From assembly GCA_040954595.2 (NCBI GenBank), contig CM082577.2:19070303-19134302 (forward strand): a DNA stretch of 64,000 nucleotides. The letters are read 5' to 3'. Below, one piece after another: positions 13,730 to 24,869 of this stretch (positions are counted from its first letter, which is position 1; each line of letters begins with the position of its first letter). Origin of the DNA: Balanoglossus misakiensis (lineage: Eukaryota; Animalia; Hemichordata). Both the position numbers and the translations under genes were made by a program. The notes beneath the pieces were generated by a model. It did not search any database. It saw only the letters and a list, made by a program, of their open reading frames with translations, and was not told where the DNA came from.

Positions 13730-14928
13730 GTAAGCTGTTAATTTACCCTTCATGTAAGGCTAATAGTGCAGGAGCTAAACCCCAAATTTCGGCATAGTTG
13801 TGCACTTTGGGTTAAAAGCATGAAACTTGGTACACTTATGCATTGACCCATGGCGGCCATTTTCTGATATGGATCCAAAACGACAGCGCCCTCTAGCGGC
13901 CAGAAACAGACATATATACTTTAAAATTGTGCACTTCGGGTTAAAAGCATGAAATTTGGTACAATTATTCATTGACCCATGGCGGACATTTTCCAATAAA
14001 GAACCAAAAAGACAGCGCCCTCTAGTGGCTAGAAACTGACATTTACCCTTTTCCCCCCATTAATGACACTTTTTGGGCAAGTTTAACACTCAGAGACAGA
14101 ATTGTGGGTTGTAAAACATGCTTGCTGCCATACATTCCTTTTAATATTATCCTAATCCTGATGTACATGTATCAGATCAATCATGTATGTTACTAATTGA
14201 ACGATTTGTTCTTCGAAATAACAGAACCAGTTGAATACACAAAGTCATGCAAAGGGTAAGACAACAACTCTTCTCCAGAAAGTCAAGGGTCTTGAGAATA
14301 TTCCTTCTTCACATGTAGCTCTTAAAGTACATGTGCTATGAGAAACCTAGCAAAGTTATATCAAACCAACAGAATCCCAGTGGAAATAAAAGTGGACAAC
14401 TCTTAGTCAAGCCCAAGAAAAGAGTCAACCTCAGGAAATCAGTTGCACAAAGTCATGCACATGTTTCTGTAGGTGGTTTAGGTCTAGTGTGACAGCACTG
14501 CTCTTTGTTTCTGTCATCAAGATTGATCTGATACATGTACATCAGGATTAGGATAATATACACATCAATGTATGGTAGCAAGCATGTTTTACAACCCACA
14601 TTCCTGTTTCTGAGTCTTACAATTGACCAAACAGTGCCATTAATGGGTGAAAAAGTGTGAATGTCTGTTTCTGGCCACTAAAGGGCGCTGTCTTTTGGGA
14701 TCCATATTGGAAAATGTCCGCCATGGGACAATGAATAATTGTACCAAGTTTCATGCTTTTAACCCGAAGTGCACGATTAAAAAGTATGAATGTCTGTTTC
14801 TGGCCACTAGAGGGCGCTGTCATTTTGGATCCATATCAGAAAATGGCCGCCATGGGTCAATGCATACGTCTGCCAAGTTTCATGCCTTTAACCCAAAGTG
14901 CACGATTTTTTGGTTAACTGCCCCACTA

Positions 14929-17900
14929 TGTTAGGACCGTTGGAAATTTAGAGAGCCAAGAGAGGTTTGGGCCCCTATGGGTTTGGGTTTTTCATGATCC
15001 TTGTGGTGATTAAAGTAAGATATTGTACAATAATTGTGATATTTGTGATTTTGCCACTTTTGAACGAATATTGTTATCCGTGAAACTGCTCGTTGGACTG
15101 CTCTGAAGATAGGACACAAGTTCATACATGTAACACGTATGTGCAACTTTTATTAAATTCTGATATCAGGAATGTTCAATATTTCGCAAGATTGGTTGAG
15201 TGTAAGTTTCCTTGTTGTTGGTTAGCAAATCTCCTAAACCAGTGTTCAGTGGCTTTGAAGGTTACTGTTAGGGTCGACAGGTTAAATTTAGCGTAGGTTA
15301 GATAATCAGAACAGTACATATTTTTTATTTCGGCCTAGTGTTCACCTAATTGAGATATACAAAATTTACTCAGAAGTTTCATTTATTCGATCCATATGAT
15401 GGCCATATTGGATTTTCCAAAAATGGATGGAAAACATTAAAAATCATCTCCTCCATTAGCAAATCGCTGTTTCAGCCGAAACTTGCATACATCATTGTGT
15501 GCATGGCTTGTTTGAAGTTGTTGACAAAATATGGCGGCCATGTTTGATTGTTTAATTTTCTGCAATCCATTCTTAGCCTAAATATTGATAGCACAGAAAT
15601 TCTTTTAATGATTATTGGTCAACATATGACTTAAATTTTCTACAATTTTTTTCGCAATTTTAGGAAGACCTTTGACCTAGTTTGGTAGAAACTAATTCTA
15701 TATGCCTATTGTTAAAGCACAGAGAACCCATTTATGTGCACATGGATGGGTTAAAGTCACAGCCAGGATTCCCTTCAAATATATTTAGCAATTTTGGCAA
15801 TGACCTTTGACCTACTTTAGACGCATTATTTTACTGCATATCTTATTATGACCTTTCATCTAATTTTGCATATCTGGCACTTAGACCCCTGTTGGGACCG
15901 TTGGAAATTTAGAGAGCCAAGAGAGGTTTGGGCCCCTATGGGTTTGGGTTTTTCATGTTCCTTGTGGTGATTAAAGTAAGATATTGTACAATAATTGTGA
16001 TATTTGTGATTTTGCCACTTTTGAACGAATATTTTTTCCGTGAAACTGCTCGTTGGACTACTCTGAAAATAGGACACAAGTTCATACATGTAACACGTAT
16101 GTGCAACTTTTATTAAATTCTGATATCAGGAATGTTCAATATTTCGCAAGATTGGTTGAGTGTAAGTTTCCTTGTTGTTGGTTAGCAAATCTCCTAAACC
16201 AGTGTTCAGTGGCTTTGAAGGTTACTGTTAGGGTCGACAGGTTAAATTTAGCGTAGGTTAGATAATCAGAACAGTACATATTTTTTATTTCGGCCTAGTG
16301 TTCACCTAATTGAGATATACAAAATTTACTCAGAAGTTTCATTTATTCGATCCATATGATGGCCATATTGGATTTTCCAAAAATGGATGGAAAACATTAA
16401 AAATCATCTCCTCCATTAGCAAATCGCTGTTTCAGCCGAAACTTGCATACATCATTGTGTGCATGGCTTGTTTGAAGTTGTTGACAAAATATGGCGACCA
16501 TGTTTGATTGTTTAATTTTCTGCAATCCATTCTTAGCCTAAATATTGATAGCACAGAAATTCTTTTAATGATTATTGGTCAACATATGACTTAAATTTTC
16601 TACAATTTTTTTCGCAATTTTAGGAAGACCTTTGACCTAGTTTGGTAGAAACTAATTCTATATGCCTATTGTTAAAGCACAGAGAACCCATTTATGTGCA
16701 CATGGATGGGTTAAAGTCACAGCCAGGATTCCCTTCAAATATATTTAGTAATTTTGGCAATGACCTTTGACCTACTTTAGACGCATTATTTTACTGCATA
16801 TCTTATTATGACCTTTCATCTAATTTTGCATATCTGGCACTTAGACCCCTGTTGGGACCGTTGGAAATTTAGAGAGCCAAGAGAGGTTTGGGCCCCTATG
16901 GGTTTGGGTTTTTCATGATCCTTGTGGTGATTAAAGTAAGATATTGTACAATAATTGTGATATTTGTGATTTTGCCACTTTTGAACGAATATTGTTATCC
17001 GTGAAACTGCTCGTTGGACTGCTCTGAAGATAGGACACAAGTTCATACATGTAACACGTATGTGCAACTTTTATTAAATTCTGATATCAGGAATGTTCAA
17101 TATTTCGCAAGATTGGTTGAGTGTAAGTTTCCTTGTTGTTGGTTAGCAAATCTCCTAAACCAGTGTTCAGTGGCTTTGAAGGTTACTGTTAGGGTCGACA
17201 GGTTAAATTTAGCGTAGGTTAGATAATCAGAACAGTACATATTTTTTATTTCGGCCTAGTGTTCACCTAATTGAGATATACAAAATTTACTCAGAAGTTT
17301 CATTTATTCGATCCATATGATGGCCATATTGGATTTTCCAAAAATGGATGGAAAACATTAAAAATCATCTCCTCCATTAGCAAATCGCTGTTTCAGCCGA
17401 AACTTGCATACATCATTGTGTGCATGGCTTGTTTGAAGTTGTTGACAAAATATGGCGGCCATGTTTGATTGTTTAATTTTCTGCAATCCATTCTTAGCCT
17501 AAATATTGATAGCACAGAAATTCTTTTAATGATTATTGGTCAACATATGACTTAAATTTTCTACAATTTTTTTCGCAATTTTAGGAAGACCTTTGACCTA
17601 GTTTGGTAGAAACTAATTCTATATGCCTATTGTTAAAGCACAGAGAACCCATTTATGTGCACATGGATGGGTTAAAGTCACAGCCAGGATTCCCTTCAAA
17701 TATATTTAGTAATTTTGGCAATGACCTTTGACCTACTTTAGACGCATTATTTTACTGCATATCTTATTATGACCTTTCATCTAATTTTGCATATCTGGCA
17801 CTTAGACCCCTGTTGGGACCGTTGGAAATTTAGAGAGCCAAGAGAGGTTTGGGCCCCTATGGGTTTGGGTTTTTCATGATCCTTGTGGTGATTAAAGTAA

Positions 17901-20900
17901 GATATTGTACAATAATTGTGATATTTGTGATTTTGCCACTTTTGAACGAATATTGTTATCCGTGAAACTGCTCGTTGGACTGCTCTGAAGATAGGACACA
18001 AGTTCATACATGTAACACGTATGTGCAACTTTTATTAAATTCTGATATCAGGAATGTTCAATATTTCGCAAGATTGGTTGAGTGTAAGTTTCCTTGTTGT
18101 TGGTTAGCAAATCTCCTAAACCAGTGTTCAGTGGCTTTGAAGGTTACTGTTAGGGTCGACAGGTTAAATTTAGCGTAGGTTAGATAATCAGAACAGTACA
18201 TATTTTTTATTTCGGCCTAGTGTTCACCTAATTGAGATATACAAAATTTACTCAGAAGTTTCATTTATTCGATCCATATGATGGCCATATTGGATTTTCC
18301 AAAAATTGATGGAAAACATTAAAAATCATCTCCTCCATTAGCAAATCGCTGTTTCAGCCGAAACTTGCATACATCATTGTGTGCATGGCTTGTTTGAAGT
18401 TGTTGACAAAATATGGCGACCATGTTTGATTGTTTAATTTTCTGCAATCCATTCTTAGCCTAAATATTGATAGCACAGAAATTCTTTTAATGATTATTGG
18501 TCAACATATGACTTAAATTTTCTACAATTTTTTTCGCAATTTTAGGAAGACCTTTGACCTAGTTTGGTAGAAACTAATTCTATATGCCTATTGTTAAAGC
18601 ACAGAGAACCCATTTATGTGCACATGGATGGGTTAAAGTCACAGCCAGGATTCCCTTCAAATATATTTAGCAATTTTGGCAATGACTATTGACCTACTTT
18701 AGACGCATTATTTTACTGCATATCTTATTATGACCTTTCATCTAATTTTGCATATCTGGCACTTAGACCCCTGTTGGGACCGTTGGAAATTTAGAGAGCC
18801 AAGAGAGGTTTGGGCCCCTATGGGTTTGGGTTTTTCATGTTCCTTGTGGTGATTAAAGTAAGATATTGTACAATAATTGTGATATTTGTGATTTTGCCAC
18901 TTTTGAACGAATATTTTTTCCGTGAAACTGCTCGTTGGACTACTCTGAAAATAGGACACAAGTTCATACATGTAACACGTATGTGCAACTTTTATTAAAT
19001 TCTGATATCAGGAATGTTCAATATTTCGCAAGATTGGTTGAGTGTAAGTTTCCTTGTTGTTGGTTAGCAAATCTCCTAAACCAGTGTTCAGTGGCTTTGA
19101 AGGTTACTGTTAGGGTCGACAGGTTAAATTTAGCGTAGGTTAGATAATCAGAACAGTACATATTTTTTATTTCGGCCTAGTGTTCACCTAATTGAGATAT
19201 ACAAAATTTACTCAGAAGTTTCATTTATTCGATCCATATGATGGCCATATTGGATTTTCCAAAAATGGATGGAAAACATTAAAAATCATCTCCTCCATTA
19301 GCAAATCGCTGTTTCAGCCGAAACTTGCATACATCATTGTGTGCATGGCTTGTTTGAAGTTGTTGACAAAATATGGCGACCATGTTTGATTGTTTAATTT
19401 TCTGCAATCCATTCTTAGCCTAAATATTGATAGCACAGAAATTCTTTTAATGATTATTGGTCAACATATGACTTAAATTTTCTACAATTTTTTTCGCAAT
19501 TTTAGGAAGACCTTTGACCTAGTTTGGTAGAAACTAATTCTATATGCCTATTGTTAAAGCACAGAGAACCCATTTATGTGCACATGGATGGGTTAAAGTC
19601 ACAGCCAGGATTCCCTTCAAATATATTTAGTAATTTTGGCAATGACCTTTGACCTACTTTAGACGCATTATTTTACTGCATATCTTATTATGACCTTTCA
19701 TCTAATTTTGCATATCTGGCACTTAGACCCCTGTTGGGACCGTTGGAAATTTAGAGAGCCAAGAGAGGTTTGGGCCCCTATGGGTTTGGGTTTTTCATGA
19801 TCCTTGTGGTGATTAAAGTAAGATATTGTACAATAATTGTGATATTTGTGATTTTGCCACTTTTGAACGAATATTGTTATCCGTGAAACTGCTCGTTGGA
19901 CTGCTCTGAAGATAGGACACAAGTTCATACATGTAACACGTATGTGCAACTTTTATTAAATTCTGATATCAGGAATGTTCAATATTTCGCAAGATTGGTT
20001 GAGTGTAAGTTTCCTTGTTGTTGGTTAGCAAATCTCCTAAACCAGTGTTCAGTGGCTTTGAAGGTTACTGTTAGGGTCGACAGGTTAAATTTAGCGTAGG
20101 TTAGATAATCAGAACAGTACATATTTTTTATTTCGGCCTAGTGTTCACCTAATTGAGATATACAAAATTTACTCAGAAGTTTCATTTATTCGATCCATAT
20201 GATGGCCATATTGGATTTTCCAAAAATGGATGGAAAACATTAAAAATCATCTCCTCCATTAGCAAATCGCTGTTTCAGCCGAAACTTGCATACATCATTG
20301 TGTGCATGGCTTGTTTGAAGTTGTTGACAAAATATGGCGACCATGTTTGATTGTTTAATTTTCTGCAATCCATTCTTAGCCTAAATATTGATAGCACAGA
20401 AATTCTTTTGATGATTATTGGTCAACATATGACTTAAATTTTCTACAATTTTTTTCGCAATTTTAGGAAGACCTTTGACCTAGTTTGGTAGAAACTAATT
20501 CTATATGCCTATTGTTAAAGCACAGAGAACCCATTTATGTGCACATGGATGGGTTAAAGTCACAGCCAGGATTCCCTTCAAATATATTTAGTAGTTTTGG
20601 CAATGACCTTTGACCTACTTTAGACGCATTATTTTACTGCATATCTTATTATGACCTTTCATCTAATTTTGCATATCTGGCACTTAGACCCCTGTTGGGA
20701 CCGTTGGAAATTTAGAGAGCCAAGAGAGGTTTGGGCCCCTATGGGTTTGGGTTTTTCATGTTCCTTGTGGTGATTAAAGTAAGATATTGTACAATAATTG
20801 TGATATTTGTGATTTTGCCACTTTTGAACGAATATTTTTTCCGTGAAACTGCTCGTTGGACTACTCTGAAAATAGGACACAAGTTCATACATGTAACACG

Positions 20901-22154
20901 TATGTGCAACTTTTATTAAATTCTGATATCAGGAATGTTCAATATTTCGCAAGATTGGTTGAGTGTAAGTTTCCTTGTTGTTGGTTAGCAAATCTCCTAA
21001 ACCAGTGTTCAGTGGCTTTGAAGGTTACTGTTAGGGTCGACAGGTTAAATTTAGCGTAGGTTAGATAATCAGAACAGTACTTATTTTTTATTTCGGCCTA
21101 GTGTTCACCTAATTGAGATATACAAAATTTACTCAGAAGTTTCATTTATTCGATCCATATGATGGCCATATTGGATTTTCCAAAAATGGATGGAAAACAT
21201 TAAAAATCATCTCCTCCATTAGCAAATCGCTGTTTCAGCCGAAACTTGCATACATCATTGTGTGCATGGCTTGTTTGAAGTTGTTGACAAAATATGGCGA
21301 CCATGTTTGATTGTTTAATTTTCTGCAATCCATTCTTAGCCTAAATATTGATAGTACAGAAATTCTTTTAATGATTATTGGTCAACATATGACTTAAATT
21401 TTCTACAATTTTTTTCGCAATTTTAGGAAGACCTTTGACCTAGTTTGGTAGAAACTAATTCTATATGCCTATTGTTAAAGCACAGAGAACCCATTTATGT
21501 GCACATGGATGGGTTAAAGTCACAGCCAGGATGCCCTTCAAATATATTTAGTAATTTTGGCAATGACCTTTGACCTACTTTAGACGCATTATTTTACTGC
21601 ATATCTTTCATCTAATTTTGCATATCTGGCACTTGGCCCCCTGTTGGGACCGTTGGAAATTTAGAGAGCCAAGAGAGGTTTGGGCCCCTATGGGTTTGGG
21701 TTTTTCATGTTCCTTGTGGTGATTAAAGTAAGATATTGTACAATAATTGTGCTATTTGTGATTTTGCCACTTTTGAACGAATATTGTTTTCCGTGAAACT
21801 GCTCGTTGGACTGCTCTGAAATTTTGAAGGAACATTCCAAGTGTTAACCTAAGTTTTCTCTGATTGCTTTGGAAGATGGGACACAAGTTCATACATGTAA
21901 CACGTATGTGCAACTTTTATTAAATTCTGATATCAGGAATGGTCAATATTTTGCAAGATTGGTTGAGTGTAAGTTTCCTTGTTGTTGGTTAGCAAATCTC
22001 CTAAACCAGTGTTCAGTGGCTTTGAAGGTTACTGTAAGGGTCGACAGGTTAAATTTAGCGTAGGTTAGATAATCAGAACAGTACATATTTTTTATTTCGG
22101 CCTAGTGTTCACCAAATTGAGATGTACAAAATTTACTCAGAATTTTCATTTATT
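14929..22154 (+). repeat. Homogeneous 960/961-bp satellite array (~7.5 units), deletion derivative of the ~1-kb unit
   Basis: ORFs at 15093, 16053, 17014, 17975, 18935, 19896 and 20856. Units lack ~50 bp between CTCTGAA and GATAGGACAC that is retained in the last unit (~21820-21875). Confidence 0.95.
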
Positions 22155-22159
22155 TCATG

Positions 22160-23450
22160 GTATGTCAAGAAAAACAGCTCCCGTAGGATTTTTGTACTAA
22201 AATTGATTTTTTGCTGTTTTGGCTTCTATGGTGACTCAACCGAAAATTCTTAGGGCCCCTCCATCATATTATTTCGTTGGTGGGGGGGGGGTGGGGGGGG
22301 CTCACTCCCGTTTTGGCCTCCTCGAAGATATTTATTCACCTATCTACTCCATTTTCGTAGAATTTTCTGCAAAAAATTTTTTTTGCTGTTTTGACTTAAA
22401 TGGGGACCCACCTCATCACGAAAGATCAAATGTAAATCTTCGGGCCTTTCCATTACATTTGGGGTGGGGGGCACTCCCTCCATCACATTTTCTTGCAGGG
22501 GGGTCACTTTTCAGTTGTAGCAGCCCTGAAGATATTTGTTCATTGATCTAACCTTCATAGTGTGACATGTGTATTGTAAAGGATTTCTTCTAATTACTTT
22601 TTGTTAAACTTCTCCTTACATTTGTACTATTTGTCGCATATACTACAGCGCTATGTTAGTTTTTCAAATATTCTGAGTTGATTTGTGACACTTAGAAATC
22701 AACCACAAATATCTCCCTTAGCATAAAATACCTCCCCTCACCTTGGACCGCCACCCAACTCATCACCATCATGTTTTCTATGGTTTTCAAAAGTATAGTA
22801 TACTAGGCTATACCAAAAAACTGTTACAATGGGGGTTGTCGAAATCAAATATAGAGACCAATGTGGTAAATGGGTCCAACATTTTGCACCCCATCACTTT
22901 TCGGCAGTCAAGCCAAAGGAGCAAACCAAACTGCAAGAAATACCACGTAAATACTAACCGTATAGTAAATAGGTGAACAAGTATTTTCACGGTCGCCAAA
23001 AAAGAAATGATTACCCCCCTCCCCAAGACATTATGGAAGGTTCCAAAAATTTGAATCCCATCATTTAAGTTCTGGTGGAGCCCCATTGAAACCAAAACAT
23101 CAAAGAAAATAATATTTTTAGCGAAATATTCTATGAAAAGGGAGTACATAGGCCAACAAACAACTTCGGAGTGGCAAAAATGGACTGCCCCCCCCCCAAA
23201 AAAAAAAAAAATGGTGGAGGGGCCCTCAAGCAAAAACAACAAAAACAAATTAAGTGTAGCCCAAATTCCCATGATAATCGAGTGAATAGGTGAAAAATAG
23301 CCTCGAGTAACAAAAACAGAAGAGAAACCCCCCCCCCCCGAAAAAAATGATGGTGGGGCCGTAAAAATTGCACCCCATGATTTTTGGGTAGTTGGGTCCT
23401 CATTGAAGCCAAAACAGCAAAAAAATCAATTTTAACGGGAATACACATCA
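22160..23450. mobile_element. Old, degenerate foldback/MITE-like element
   Basis: AAAATTGATTTTTTGCTGTTTTGGCTTC (~22199) is the inverse of GAAGCCAAAACAGCAAAAAAATCAATTTT (~23405). G-runs on the left are mirrored by C-runs on the right. Exact ends unresolved. Confidence 0.6.
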
Positions 23451-23708
23451 TCCCAGACTATGTTGGGTCCGTTGGAAATAATGTAGACAATATTGGATTT
23501 TCCAAAACAGGATGGAGAAAAATTAAAAATTTGTAGTGCTAACTTACGTTTTCTCCGATTGGTTTAGAAGATGGCACAAAAGTTCATGCATGTAACTCGT
23601 ATTTGCAACTTTTATTGAAATTTGGAAGGAATATTACATGTAACACAAGTATGCAACTGCAAGTGTATTCGAAGGGTCTGTTGCTTAAAATTAGGACGGG
23701 CCATCTAT

Positions 23709-24283
23709 ATTATAAGGTTATTCACAAAATACCGGGATTTACGTCCGAGTACATTGTCCGAGACGAGCAGCGTCGAGGACAATACCGAAGCGTGCGATGT
23801 ACGAGGACATAAATCCCGGTATTTTGTGAATAACCGTATTATTATACACCTTTTCCGGACGTCCTTGATGAACGATAAAGAAAAAATTGGCCTCTTTCTA
23901 GTTTTCAGACGCCGCCATGATGTAATTTGCAAATCGAATGCACCTTCACCTCGCGCATCAGGTGATGCTGGTTTCGAACTGTCTGTCTCGCGCGCGACAT
24001 TCTACGTTGCTTGCGCTGAAATGAACGCCTTCGCCTGTTCACAGATTCCTTCGACTGAAATTTCAGCGTGGATTTTGACTTATTTCGCTTCTTGGGTCAC
24101 CAATAATTTTGTTTAATAACGGCTGTTTACTTTTTATATAAATTTTCGTCAGAGTAGGGTTAATATCATCATTGTTTACATTGATCACCAGTCCGCGTCC
24201 TCATTTGAATAATTATTGTACGGTGATACCGCGAATTATTGTATTACGGAACTTCATAGGTTACAGCAGTAGGTGTATAATAA
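23709..24283 (+). mobile_element. Hairpin-type non-autonomous element in a decayed satellite copy
   Basis: Hairpin 23716-23835, then TTATTATACACCT (23839-23851) inverted at the end as AGGTGTATAATAA (24271-24283). Satellite-like sequence resumes at GTGGCCATATT. Confidence 0.75.
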
Positions 24284-24753
24284 GTGGCCATATTACATTT
24301 TCCACAAATCGATTGAATAGAATTAAACTTGCATTTATCATTGTGTGGAAGGCTTGCTTAAAGTTTATCTTTCTTTTTTTCTTTTTAAGATACATTACTT
24401 GGTGGTTGTTTGGGATTATGAAAATTTTAAAATTGTTGGATAAATAATTTCCCCTTCATGATTTACATCTCATATTTCGTTAAACCTTTGTCCTTTCCTC
24501 AGGAGCGGATAGTTACATATGAGGCGAAGTTTGGATGAAAAGAAGGTCGTCAACATATCAGATGGTTTAGCATCTCCAATGACAGTTGCTGTGGTTGTAA
24601 TTTCCATTTTCTATAATTTCAAGAAAAAATTACCTTTAATTTCAAATAATAAAAGGTGTTCAGACTGCATGCCATCTGTCTTGTATTACTTTTTCTCTTA
24701 CAATGTTTTTGTGATATACGCCGTTCAAATAGGACATAATCCATTGTACTATT

Positions 24754-24850
24754 TAAGCAATAAAACACCCCCAGCCATTGTATACCACGAGATTTTGACC
24801 AGTTCACGACAGTATCGCTCGTGCGTATATGGAGTTGAACTGGTCAAAAT
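24754..24850 (+). mobile_element. Truncated copy of the 12995-13308 hairpin element
   Basis: Near-identical to 12996-13105 with a rearranged apex. Flanked by AATCCATTGTACTATT at 24738-24753 and 24848-24863. Confidence 0.8.
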
Positions 24851-24869
24851 CCATTGTACTATTATTTAT

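Larger units (their letters stand above)
4980..14928. mobile_element. Composite array of 6 foldback MITEs and 5 exon-bearing spacers (1694-bp period) inserted in the satellite
   Basis: ORFs repeat every 1694 bp. Satellite sequence GGCCCCTGT|T[G/A]GGACCGTTGG is split at 4979/14929, with TGT at 4977-4979 and 14929-14931. Confidence 0.9.

Noticed and set aside
4980-14928. CRISPR-like or integron-like repeat-spacer array
   Set aside because: Repeats are 1165 bp, the spacers are copies of one sequence, no cas or integrase gene is present, and the context is eukaryotic.
34-22063. 60-90 aa ORFs in the ~1-kb satellite
   Set aside because: Frames open and close with single indels between monomers, and no domain is recognisable.
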